From positions 21,797 to 85,796 of IMG/VR virus record IMGVR_UViG_3300017987_000070: DNA of 64,000 bases, one strand, 5' to 3'. A program made the position numbers and the translations under genes. The stretch comes from a virus. Positions 9,923 to 20,700 of this stretch are shown here, piece after piece. The notes beneath the pieces are model-generated. The model was not told the origin of the DNA. It ran no database searches and saw only the letters and a list, made by a program, of their open reading frames with translations. Each line of letters opens with the position of its first letter. Positions within the stretch are counted from its first letter, which is position 1.

Positions 9923-11140
9923 TCAACCGAAGATTTTACGCATGAGCTTGGCGTTGGTCGTGTAAACGACCTTCTCATCGAAGAAAGCCTGCCATTCGTC
10001 CTCGCGGCAGTTGTCAAACGCTTCCGTGTCTGTGGTACCGATGTATTCGAGGTTCGGGTGGTCCCTAAGAACCTTAAACGTGGGGCCGTGTAGCCCACGG
10101 ACATAGTAGTCAAGGAAGACCGCTTTGAGATGGGGGTAGCCAGGGAGGTACCCCATTCTATCAAAGCTAAGAGTGAGCTTCACGTACTCGAAGTTGCCTG
10201 GAAGCTTGCCTTCTCCAAACGCCTCACACCCTTTCAAGGTCTTGAGGTCCCAGACCTTGACGTACCGGCCTACCAGATTGTTATCAAACTTGCCGTAAGA
10301 GTCCATTGTGAGATGCTTCGGCTCCCACTGACGCAAGATACCGTCCACATAGGGCAGGAAGACCTCATGGTACTCACGATTCTTCTCGCAGTTCTGGAGC
10401 ATGGCCAGCACCGTCTTGAACCCACTCTTGCTCGGCTTGATGGTTTGCATGGCCGATCGCAAGTCACCGAAGTTATCGACGCCCAGACCCATGAAGTATG
10501 AGTTGACCTTGCTCGCGATGCGCTTGATCCGCTTCTTTTCGTGGCTAGCACCCTTAAAGCTGAGTTCAAGCCTTGACCATTCGTGAGAGTTCAGCTTGAC
10601 CGACAGTTGCCAGTCGTGACGCCAATGACTGTTGTACTCTTTATTCTTCCGGCGCATGAGGTCAGACCACACTGACCCCACGTGCTCTAGGACCCCCTTA
10701 AAGATCTGTTTCAGGTTGAACTTGGGGATGACACCCTGACCCCTCACGACACACTCTTGAATGTACGCCTTGAAGACACTGGGTCTCCCGACCCCTTCGG
10801 CAAGAGGCTTCCATGAGAGGGACATGTCTTCCGGCCACTCTTCAGGGTATACCTCGTCATGCCACACCGAACGGGCGTCGAAGCTATCCTGAACCAAAGT
10901 GAGAAGCTCGGGGGAGAGGTCTTCAAGACGGATAGAAGGTGTAGTTAGATCGCTGAATCCCGCGTCGACCTCTTCGCGAGTCTCCCGCCACCCCTTGAAG
11001 AAGACTACGTGGTAGGACTCCCCGAAGATCGGGAGGAAGAACTTCCAGTCGAACACTTCCAGGGACTTGATTTCCGCATCGAGCTTGTGCATAAGCTCGA
11101 TGGCGTCATAGGTCTTTGAGAGATCGTCGGCGGTAATCAT
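9923..11140 (-). CDS. FGxLRS...PYV family protein with LRR-like C-terminus (paralogue 1)
   Basis: Contains NFGDLRSAMQ...PSKSGFKTVL...EVFLPYVDGILRQW followed by YPHLKAVFLD and HPNLEYIGT. GAGGA RBS before ATG 11140; has its own promoter. Confidence 0.75.
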   Translation of the reverse strand: MITADDLSKTYDAIELMHKLDAEIKSLEVFDWKFFLPIFGESYHVVFFKGWRETREEVDAGFSDLTTPSIRLEDLSPELLTLVQDSFDARSVWHDEVYPEEWPEDMSLSWKPLAEGVGRPSVFKAYIQECVVRGQGVIPKFNLKQIFKGVLEHVGSVWSDLMRRKNKEYNSHWRHDWQLSVKLNSHEWSRLELSFKGASHEKKRIKRIASKVNSYFMGLGVDNFGDLRSAMQTIKPSKSGFKTVLAMLQNCEKNREYHEVFLPYVDGILRQWEPKHLTMDSYGKFDNNLVGRYVKVWDLKTLKGCEAFGEGKLPGNFEYVKLTLSFDRMGYLPGYPHLKAVFLDYYVRGLHGPTFKVLRDHPNLEYIGTTDTEAFDNCREDEWQAFFDEKVVYTTNAKLMRKIFG

Positions 11141-11178
11141 GTCGTTCCTCTTCACGAGTAGTAGCTTGTCTCACCTTG

Positions 11179-11208
11179 CTTATAGCAGCTACGAGCCCGT
11201 TTTTTGAA
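11179..11208 (-). promoter_or_regulatory. Sigma70-like promoter TTCAAA-N18-TATAAG with extended -10 TGC
   Basis: One of four near-identical TTCAAAA...CTGCTATA motifs, each directly upstream of a - strand gene. Confidence 0.75.
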
Positions 11209-11215
11209 ACTTTCT

Positions 11216-11629
11216 TCAGTCTTCTTCTATGACCTCGGCTTGCAGCCTCTTCACGCCCCATACGCCATCGAACTCGTAAGGGTACTCCACTTCCAGCAGT
11301 TCGTTCAAGGGCTCTTCGAAATGTCTTCGCACATAGTGAGGCCCTCGGGCGTACATGTAGAGCAGGATGAAGGGGATCGCGAAGGCGAGTCCGATGATCT
11401 TGAGGATATCGGTGACCTGGAACCAGCTAGGAGCGCTGAAGAAGGCGCTTAGGCTGTTCCTAAGCGCTCTGAGGATGCCACCGTACATTTCGATGCCGTC
11501 GCTCTGGTTCCTCCACATGTAGAGACGTGGATGCTTCATGACCTCTCGAAGCTCTTTCTCCCTCTTACGGATCATGTAGTTACGGCGCATGTGCCAGAGG
11601 TCTTCGTCAATGTCGCAACGGTAACGCAT
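11216..11629 (-). CDS. Hypothetical membrane protein (one TM helix)
   Basis: Hydrophobic stretch ILKIIGLAFAIPFILLYMY; AGGAG RBS. Confidence 0.7.
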   Translation of the reverse strand: MRYRCDIDEDLWHMRRNYMIRKREKELREVMKHPRLYMWRNQSDGIEMYGGILRALRNSLSAFFSAPSWFQVTDILKIIGLAFAIPFILLYMYARGPHYVRRHFEEPLNELLEVEYPYEFDGVWGVKRLQAEVIEED

Positions 11630-11639
11630 GGGTGTCTCC

Positions 11640-12950
11640 TCACTTTTTTGAAAAGAAATCGTTGATGGCGCTTGTGGGACTCTTGCCGTCCAGATATTCA
11701 GCTTGAGGATACATCTCCTCCACCTCCTTCACGAAGTTCACCCGGCACGTGGTGTAGACCTTCTCCACGTTGGGGAACCTCTCCGAGACGGGAACGAGCC
11801 AGCCCGGAGTGTAGTCGAAGATGAGCACCTTCACGTTTGGATAAGACACCCTCTCCGCCAAGGGAGAGAGTTGGGGAATTCCGTTCTGGAACTTGAAGAA
11901 GATCACCTCGGGGTCCCCTGGGAGGGCGTTGTGACTGTGAAAGAGCTTGTACCCCTTCATCGTCTCGACCTTCCACACCTTCGTGAGACCCGCGATCTCC
12001 TTGTCATACTTGTCGGTCGTGAGTTCACGGTCCGACACACGCCAGGATCGGTCCATCACGGAGTGAACGTAAGGGAGAGTGACGTTGTAGAACTCCCCGT
12101 TCTTCTCCATGTTCTGAAGCGTCTTGAGGACCTTACGGAAGTGCTTCTTCGACCCCGGCTGCTGCATGAGAGAGCGGATAGCCCCGAACCCGTCAGGCTC
12201 CAATATCGAGAAGACCTCTTCGATCACCTCCAGCCCGCCCTTGATTACCTCTTTCGGGTTGCGAAGATAACCTGTCAGGGACTTGGACCTCTCGTGGAAG
12301 TGAATCTTATTCAGGTTGTGCGACGTTGCCGTGGTGATGTGAGCGAGCGCATGAGAACTCGAGTTAGGGTGCGCACTGTACGCGACTCGGATCTTCTCGA
12401 CTTCCTCATCCCAGCTCTGGTAGAGAAGGGTCTTCAGCTCATTCAAGACCCGCTCAAGAACCCGGACCGGGATGTAACCATACCCCGACTCCATCTTCTC
12501 GTACATGTCTTCGACGGCACGGTCTCGCAGGCTCTCGTAGCGATCTCCCCATACCTCATCGATCCCAAAAATCCTCTCATCGAACCCCAGAGGGACGACG
12601 GAAATTAGGGGACCACCCATAGGGCGGTGTTGGAGGACCTTCTGAAGCCAAGGTGTCTCCCATTCACGGTCCAGGGTGAGGTTCTCCTTCTCGTCGAGAA
12701 TCCAACCTCTAAGGTCTTCATTCAGGGATGAGGCCGCGATGAAGGTAGCCGAAAGGTTGGAGGACCTGCGGTAAAGGTCCCGAGAGTTATGATCCCAGTG
12801 TTGTTTCTTGGTCTCACACTCAAAGCCGAGACCCCTCACGTACTCTTCCGCGCTCAGGTACTCAGAGACCACCTGGGTCTTGAGCATCGTGTAGAAGGTC
12901 TGGAGCACTTCTCCAGAGGCTTGAAGGGCGGCGGTATCTGCTTTCATCAT
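11640..12950 (-). CDS. FGxLRS...PYV family protein with LRR-like C-terminus (paralogue 2)
   Basis: Contains GFGAIRSLMQQPGSKKHFRKVLKTLQNMEKNGEFYNVTLPYVHSVM and aligns with 9923-11140 (KVW...T.KG...F....LPG, YP..K....DY). GGAG before ATG 12950. Confidence 0.75.
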   Translation of the reverse strand: MMKADTAALQASGEVLQTFYTMLKTQVVSEYLSAEEYVRGLGFECETKKQHWDHNSRDLYRRSSNLSATFIAASSLNEDLRGWILDEKENLTLDREWETPWLQKVLQHRPMGGPLISVVPLGFDERIFGIDEVWGDRYESLRDRAVEDMYEKMESGYGYIPVRVLERVLNELKTLLYQSWDEEVEKIRVAYSAHPNSSSHALAHITTATSHNLNKIHFHERSKSLTGYLRNPKEVIKGGLEVIEEVFSILEPDGFGAIRSLMQQPGSKKHFRKVLKTLQNMEKNGEFYNVTLPYVHSVMDRSWRVSDRELTTDKYDKEIAGLTKVWKVETMKGYKLFHSHNALPGDPEVIFFKFQNGIPQLSPLAERVSYPNVKVLIFDYTPGWLVPVSERFPNVEKVYTTCRVNFVKEVEEMYPQAEYLDGKSPTSAINDFFSKK

Positions 12951-12976
12951 CTTACTCCACAAGGGGTTCTACGAGG

Positions 12977-13005
12977 AGTATAGCAGCGATGGGAGAGATT
13001 TTGAA
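12977..13005 (-). promoter_or_regulatory. Sigma70-like promoter TTCAAA-N17-TATACT with extended -10
   Basis: Copy of the conserved TTCAAAATC...CTGCTATA motif. Confidence 0.75.
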
Positions 13006-13012
13006 GAGTTTT

Positions 13013-14587
13013 TCAGTACGTTTCAAAAAACTCGCGATATCTCTTGGCGAGAGTTGATGATCGCTCTTCAGGGTCTAGACTGAGCGTTTTGGGATCAATG
13101 CCATTGAGCTTGAGCAACTCCGGGTGATGCCACCAGTTGTTTTTTGCCGACTTTGGGATGCGGATTAAGTTCGAGATCGTCTCGCCCGCAGAGTGCAGAA
13201 CTACCTCTTCTGAAGACTCAGGGTCTATCCAAATGATATCTTCGTTAGGGTACTCAGCCTTGATTTGTCGTGTGAGCCACTCTTCAGCCGCTCGAACGGT
13301 CTCGACGTATTTTTTACCGAAGAACACCCTGTCCGTCTTTGACAGATCAACTAGATACCCTTTGTATTGAAAAGGTTTACCCTTCTCTAGCCGGACTAAG
13401 CCGTCATAAAGAGCACTTCGACAACCGTCTTCCGACTTCATGACAGTCCCATAGCATGACCATTTGAAGAGAAGGTCTTCACCTGAATTCTTCAAGCTAG
13501 TGTTGAACACATCGGGGTTATGATGCCACCTTGCTAGAAGTGCTACCGTCATACTTTCGGTTATCTTTCCGCCCTTAAACATGGGCATTACAGTATAGAA
13601 AGCTTCCATGCAATCGCGGTACTCTTGGCAGAGCAAGTCCCAATTCTCTCTGATGTAAGTATAGTGCTTACGCTCGCTGACCACAAAAGAACTCAGTTCT
13701 GTCGTGGTATACTCAGGAGTTCGGAGCATGTAAGCTCTTAGCATGTTCGCGTAAGCTTTTTTTGTCATGGTTTCGTTGGTGTAGTCTGTACGGCTCAGCT
13801 GAGCTGTAAACTTATCGACGGCTTTATGCGCATCGAAGTCAGGACCGCTAATGCAGCTTTTTGAGTAGGTTTCATCGCTCATAACCTTCCCGTTTTTATT
13901 AACGCTTCGGAAGACCGCTTGTAAATCCGGGTCCGTAAAATCAGCGCTAAGAGTCTCATGTAAAAGATTCTTTTCACTGTAAGCCGAAAGCATATGCGAG
14001 AACTGGACCCAATCTGAAGGGGTTTTGAATTTGCCCTGAAGGAGGGGGAACCAGTAGGAGTGGGGAGTGTCAAACACAAGACAAAGAGGGAAGTACCCTT
14101 CAAAAGTGCTTGGGTCCTTTATGTCAATGTGGTCGATAACGGTGAAGAACCTGTCATACAGGAACGAGTCTGGGATCTCAGAGATTGGTCTATTCACGTA
14201 CTCCGATACAGCGTCTAGACAGATCGCGAAGGTTCCTTCCTGGGGCCGGGTTCGGGAGCGTTTTTTGTCCTCGTAAGGATTCTCGTACCCTTCAAAGGTA
14301 TTACATCGGAGTAGCGTGGTGGTCCTTTGTAGACCGTCACATACTTCGAACGCACATTGGGTTAAGTCGTACTGAGGGCCTCCCCTGTACGTGATTCGAC
14401 GCGATACTGCGTCTGGGGTATTAACGTGGTTGATCAAGAACAGGCCAGAACTAGCGTTCCGAAGCATCGAGTGGATGAACTTGCACTCGCGCTCGAAGTC
14501 CCATTCAGGTGTCCTCTGGTAGTAGGCCACTCGGTAACGGCCTTGTTGGAGTTCTTTGAGGTAAGTGCGAAGGGGTGTGTTTGACAT
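13013..14587 (-). CDS. DUF262 (ParB/Srx-like, GmrSD N-terminal) domain protein with degenerate C-terminal HNH-like region
   Basis: YQRTPEW, VCDGLQRTTTL and FRSVNKNG correspond to the DUF262 motifs QR, DGQQR and FxxxN. GC is lower than in the flanks. Start taken as MSNTPL. Confidence 0.8.
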   Translation of the reverse strand: MSNTPLRTYLKELQQGRYRVAYYQRTPEWDFERECKFIHSMLRNASSGLFLINHVNTPDAVSRRITYRGGPQYDLTQCAFEVCDGLQRTTTLLRCNTFEGYENPYEDKKRSRTRPQEGTFAICLDAVSEYVNRPISEIPDSFLYDRFFTVIDHIDIKDPSTFEGYFPLCLVFDTPHSYWFPLLQGKFKTPSDWVQFSHMLSAYSEKNLLHETLSADFTDPDLQAVFRSVNKNGKVMSDETYSKSCISGPDFDAHKAVDKFTAQLSRTDYTNETMTKKAYANMLRAYMLRTPEYTTTELSSFVVSERKHYTYIRENWDLLCQEYRDCMEAFYTVMPMFKGGKITESMTVALLARWHHNPDVFNTSLKNSGEDLLFKWSCYGTVMKSEDGCRSALYDGLVRLEKGKPFQYKGYLVDLSKTDRVFFGKKYVETVRAAEEWLTRQIKAEYPNEDIIWIDPESSEEVVLHSAGETISNLIRIPKSAKNNWWHHPELLKLNGIDPKTLSLDPEERSSTLAKRYREFFETY

Positions 14588-14647
14588 GCTCAAAACCTTT
14601 GGGTGGGGTGGGGTGGTCTCAGATTCTCCCCGGTAGATTACGAACAC

Positions 14648-14676
14648 AACTTAGAGCCCGCTCTCGTCTTTGTCAA
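14648..14676 (-). promoter_or_regulatory. Sigma70-like promoter TTGACA-N17-TAAGTT for the DUF262 gene
   Basis: Perfect -35 and a 17-nt spacer in the divergent intergenic region. Confidence 0.6.
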
Positions 14677-14700
14677 GCTTTTTTGTGGGCATTCGCGTCT

Positions 14701-14759
14701 CTCCCGTATGTTTTTGTGCCGATGGTGATGTACTACCACAGTCCAAGAGCATACGGGAG
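14701..14759 (+). promoter_or_regulatory. 16-bp RNA stem-loop occluding the RBS of the 2446-aa gene
   Basis: CTCCCGTATGTTTTTG (14701-16) pairs with CAAGAGCATACGGGAG (14744-59), including 2 G-U pairs on the + strand RNA. The GGGAG SD lies in the 3' arm, 5 nt before ATG 14765. Confidence 0.7.
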
Positions 14760-14764
14760 CCCTC

Positions 14765-17700
14765 ATGTTCGACTCCGGCTACGTTTTGCGCCAGCCTAGA
14801 GTGTCTAGCGCTAACAATCCTACACAAGATGACCCTAGCGTTCATGTCCTTGACCGTGATTCCGATGGTAACCTGACTTCGGACCGTGACGAGTACCTCG
14901 CGACGTTCATCAATGACCCCACCGCCCAACGCAGAGAATACCTCGTGGTTCCCAAGGCTACGGCGAATCTGGTTGCGGGAGAGGACTTCATTCAGGAGAC
15001 TCCGGTCAACGTGGACGATGCAGGTTTGGTGTATCAGTTCAATCAAGCGGGTCTTGCGATCCGAGATTTCTCCCTCGTGTCTGGCGATGCTCCCGATAAG
15101 GTAGACCTCCAGGCGGGTCTCTTGATGTACGACACCGCGCCGGGTACAACTCCCGTGGTGCAGTACCGTCGTGAAGCTCTGTCTCTCTTCTACACGAGAA
15201 ATGACTCCAACGTCACGCGCTTTGGCTTCGACGATCGTGTCCAGAGGTGGCGCACGCTTCCCGGCGCACCCCCGGAGCTTATAGGAAACGTACCCGAGGA
15301 CGCCCTCACGCCTCTCACACTGGCCGCTACGGAGCCAGACGCGGGAACACCCAGGATTGTCCTCGGGAGCCTTGAGAACGCCCCTGTGCCCGTCTCCTAC
15401 ATCCCTACCCAAGCCCGGTGGCAAGACTACCTCGACGGCGTGCTCACCCCCAATGCAGGGGAAGCCGCAGCGTTTGCGGACACGGGCGAGATCCTCTTCG
15501 CGGCAGACATTATCGCGTCTTCGGTGAACCTACCCGTCTTCCAGTACCGCTACTCTTTCTTCGCCCTCGACACTTCCTCGGGTCTCCTGGGTTCCGTGGG
15601 AGAAGACATCTTTCTCAATCCTGTACCCCAAGGTACAGAGTTCCCACTACTCAGAACGCGCTACGGCAGCTACTTGACCGTCGCACGGAGCACTGATCCC
15701 GTGGGTACCGAGGAAGTTAGATACGATGTGAACTCGGGGAAGCTAACCTTCCAGAACGCCGATCGTGACGGAGAGAGTCTCTACTACGACGGCGTGTACT
15801 CTATCACCGAGCCTGTTCAGGCGTTTCCTCCTACGGACTTGGGCACGATCACTCCCAACTTCGCTTCGACCCCTGGCATCGCGAACATAGACGCGTCCGT
15901 GTACGATCGCACGGCGCTCTTGCTGTATGTTCGAGAGTCTGGAGAGGTAATCCAAGACCTTGAGTTCGTCGAAGAGGCGAGTGATCTCCCCCAGCCTTCG
16001 CGCATCCCGGCCACGAAAGCTTTCCTCTTCTACGACGAGGGCGCGGATGAGGTCCAAGTTCAGTTGAGCTTCTCTTTCATGCAGGCGAACTCGGGGCTAA
16101 CCCTGAGCGTCGGGACGGGTGACTTCTACCTCGAAGATGGCATCACCTTCCGTGTGGCACGTTCTTTGCGTCCAGGCGTTGATCCCGATGCGCGCTCTCG
16201 CGTGCGCATCCAAGACGAGGTGCTCATTGATGGGATCTCTCAAGGTGCCTTCGCGATCCTACCTCAGATTCCCTTACAGGATGTAGCTGGATACTCCGAG
16301 GACACGTTCTTTCGTGTACGAAGCAACGGCAGCACGCGCACACTTGTACCTGACGAAGATGTGGTGTACGACTTCGACGCGAGTTCTATCCGTTGGGCAG
16401 AGCGAGAATCACAGACTCAGAGCATCACTCAGGTAGCCTCTTCCGTGAAGCTCCCACATGAGGTCTTGCTTGACCGTAACTTCAGCTTCGAGCTTGACGA
16501 GGGTAATGGGTTCCAAGCCTTGACCCCAGGTGAGACCGTCGTGGTGGACTTCGACCTCGGGAACATCGCCTTTGCCGAGCCCTTCGGTAAACCGCTCTAT
16601 GAGGGCTTCGGTTCTCTCTCGGGGAGCACGTTCACCGACACAGGTGCAGCGTTCAACTTCGCCCTTGACCTCGGAAGCACACCTTCAGCACTCGACGCGT
16701 TCGAGCGTCCCTTGCTCATCCTCACGAACACCAACGAAGTGTTCCGCGTGGACGACTCCACCGCGACCTCGCTCACGATCTCTACTTCAAGCGGCCCTCA
16801 GACGAACGTACCTTACGTCGTCGTGGAGGGACCCGATGTGGTTTATGAGTACGCCTTCGAGGATGTCGACCTCACGCGCCGGACGGTATTCCCTTCGATC
16901 ATCTCTCCTTTGGGATCTTTCGTACCCGATGGAGAGAGCTTTGCGTTCGAGCTGGACGGGGCTGAGGTACCTCACGTGACCCTGGAGAGAGAAACGCTCG
17001 GGTTCATTCAAGACGCCCTGGTGGTTCCTGCCTACTACCTCGCTCCTGAAGCGAACTTCGAGCTTTACCGGGACTCAACGCTCCTGAGCTTCGTGCCCGG
17101 TGCTCCCGCATCCTCGGGAGAGTACACCTTCGACTCTGGAACGGGAGCGATCACGTTCTTCGCGGGGGATGTCACGACCTTCGAGGGGTCCTCCATCGTC
17201 TTGCGTCCTCTCCTCTCGACGGGACGCGCCACGGGACCCGTGGAAGTTCTCGCAGAGAATCGCAGCGTAGGTTTGCCTCTCGACCTTGTAAGTGAAAATG
17301 TAAAATCAGTCGTGCTTTTAAGCGAAAGCCAGTACAGCGTGCAACCTTCCAACGGACAGTTGTTCTTCAACTCCGCATTCCGTGCGGGTGATCGGCTACA
17401 AGTAAGGTACTATGTTGATAGCTTGAATAGCTTAGTTAATTTAATTACCTTTAATGCAAGAGAGAATTTAACTTACGCGCCTGCTACGAGTGTTTTCAAT
17501 TTCGCCTCTGGAATCGAGGTGGATACCACCAAGCCCGGCACGCTGTTCATCAACGGATCGCCAAGCTCTCAGGGGACAGTGGACCTCCTCAACAAGACCG
17601 TGACGCTCAATGCACCGGCGAATCCCAACCGCACGTATCAGGTCGGCTACTTCCGTCTTGACGCTGCCGGAGGGGAGAAGACCGCCGTCTTGCCCTCTCT

Positions 17701-20700
17701 ACCTTTTGACCCTCCCGTGCAGTTCGTCGGGGGGACCCAACAGACGTTTCTTGGAGACCACACGTCAGTTCTCCAACCTGACGTGGTGTTGGAGGTAGAC
17801 GACGTGTCCGTTCGTGTCGTGAGTTCGTCTTACGATGCGGGTACGGATCTCACGACCGCCGAGGTGTCCCCAGCGATCTCGACCCCAGTGACGAGCCCCT
17901 CCCTCTTGAGGGTCACATCCTCTCCATTGGACCGCACATCTGTGGTCCCGGCTCAAGCAGAGGTCAACGCGGTAGACAACCAAGAACTGCGCCTCTTCGG
18001 GGACTTCACGGGCGCGGTCTTCGCGAACCGCGTGCTCTTCCTCGACGGCGAGCCTTATGGTGTTCAGGGGGTGGCTTATGATGAAGGGGCACGGGTAACG
18101 CGTGTGACGCTTAGGTCTCGTTTGCAGCGGGAGTACGTCAACCCTACGATCACCATCTCGGATGAGGTAGTCTACGATCCTGCACCTGGGGTACTCGCAA
18201 CGAACCGGCCTCTCTTTGCGGCTCAAGACGTGCGCCTCGTGCAGTTGGACGAGGATGGTTCGGGTACGCTTCTGGAGAGAGGCGTACAGTACGAAGTGAC
18301 TGACGCAGGGGACATCGCGCTTGACCCCACGAACGTGACTCTACCTCAACCGGGGCAGAGGTGGGTGCTGTCTTATCTCGCAAGAGAGGATGTTGGACCG
18401 TTTACCTCCAACGCAGGGACTTTGGTGATCCCACGCTTGCGTTCAACGTACACGAGGTTCGTCGCGGCAACCAACCAGACCTTCGCGGGCGGCCAACTTC
18501 TGGCCACCTACAGCATATACTCCCCGGACACGTTCTACTTCCGCGCTCTACCTCTCTCCGAGTACGCTGCCGAGGTTCAAGCGACGCTGGGTTCTTCCTC
18601 GGGGTCATCGGGTCCTTCGACCTCCTTCCGAAGCACGCAAGCTCTCTCTGACAAGGGCAACCTCACCCTGGTAGGGGAGGAACTCGACGTTCGAGATCGC
18701 GACCGTGTAGGACGTGCTTTCATTTCCCTCTACAACGATGTCGCTCAGGACTTCGAGACCTACCTCCAGGCAGTCGACGGGAGGGTCATTGGAGACCGGG
18801 ACGGGCAGTTCAAGTTCTTCCTCGCTCCCGACGGTCAACCGGGAGGGGAAGACCCCGTATCGGGAGAGCTTCTGCCCTATTACGTCAACCCTGACGGCAG
18901 CGGATCAAAGCCTACCCCCGCTCAAGTGGAGGACATTGACATCCTAGCACAAGAAGGGTTCGTCCGCAACTCGATTGACGATCTCATCTTGAGGTCCAAG
19001 AAGCCCTTCCAGTTCACCTTCCCTGCCACCTTCGAGTACCTTGGTACGTTCGCGAGGGCCTGGGAACCTTCCCGCCTGTCGAGGTTCTACCCCCAACGCT
19101 CCAAGGTAGTCACGCTAACCCCTCCTGATGTAAGTGGTTCGGGCTCCTACGATTTCTTCGAGGACTTCGGCTTGACCCTGGGTGACTTGAAGCAAGACGA
19201 CGTGATCTCGATTGAGACCCTCGAAGAGAGGCCGCCTCAAGCATGGCTCATCAACGGGGTCGTGTCAACGGGGTCGGGCACAGCTACGGTCAACGCGGGT
19301 ATGGTCTTCCCTCTGGGAGCCTCACAAGCCTCTAACCCTGGTGCGGGTCAGAACCTCACCGATGGTGACGCGAGCAAACAGATCCCAGGCTTCGCAGTAG
19401 ACGATGTGGTCAACCTCGGACGCATCTCTTACACGACGAACCCCTCCACGGGACTCGTAGAGAGGCAAGAGACAATCTATGCACAGAACATGGTGGTCAC
19501 GGCAATCTCGGGAGACCAAGTGACCCTGGGGCAGTTGGATCAGACCTTCTTTGACAACCTCTTCCCCGACGCAGGGATCGTGTTCGGCAGCTTGACGATC
19601 ACCGTCACCGACCCTGAGACGCTTGATGGGGTGACCTCTCCAGCCGCAGGGTACTCGGCTGCGACCTCAACGCCAAGACAAAACGACACGGTGTTCGGGA
19701 CATCACTCAACCCGTTCAGGCAAGGCTTCGACTTCGGCCTCGATGCGAGCGAAGGGGAACTCATCAACCGCGCCTTGCCAGACTTCCTCGCGAGCATCAC
19801 GGGTCAGGTAGCTCCTCCTCCCTTGACCTACCTCAACGCGACCATCAGCTACAAGAACCAGCGCACAGAGCCTTTCAGGTTCCCCGCCCTTGATGGGGAG
19901 GCCGTCGACGATGATGGCTTGCAGAACGCTCCCTACGGCTACCCTCTCCTCTCTTCGGAGAGCGTGTCCTTTGGTAACGAAGAGAGCGCACTTACAAACG
20001 TCCTCAACGGCACTACTCCGGGTCTCGTGATTGATGCGACTCAAAGCTCACCCTCGGTCCTGACGACGACTCAAGACCTCACTGACCCAAGCTCATATCC
20101 CACACCGCCACGCCCGTATGACCTGCTCCTACTCGAAGGAGAGACCTTGGGAGGAACCCCTGCTACGGGAGGGTCGACGGCGTTCGTCTTCTCCGAGGTC
20201 ACGAGCCCTACCGACTTCAGGCTTGCCGCGTTCGAGGCGTTTGACTCAGGCGTCTCCTATGCCATTGACGATGCCTTCTCGGGCACAGGTACGGGAGTCG
20301 GTGCCGTGTGGACTGACGATCTGGGAAGAGACTTCACGGTCTTGAATGGACTCACGGGGACCCTGGACATTGGAGGGAGCCTGTTCTCCATCCTGTCTTT
20401 TGGGGTTGGTACGATCACGGTAGTAGCAGGACCTCTCCCCGCTTCGGGAGCGTTCAACCTTGACCTCTCGGGCAACGGGGACATCAACTCCCTGCACGCC
20501 CTCACGGACTCAGTGGATTTCTCTACATGGGCTGACGGTCTCACACTCCGTGTGCTCTCGGGAGTGAACACGGGGACCTACACGATCGCCACCGGGTTCA
20601 ACGGCTCAGTCGAACCCGAGACGCTTCCTGCGGGATTCGCGTCTGGAAACGCTGCGATAGCGTCTACGAGCATTGAGGTTCAAGGCTCAGGTAGCGCGGG

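Noticed and set aside
14601-14616. G-quadruplex-like GGGTGGGGTGGGGTGG
   Set aside because: It has only three full G3 tracts, occurs once, and lies on the template strand of the DUF262 leader. There is no further support.
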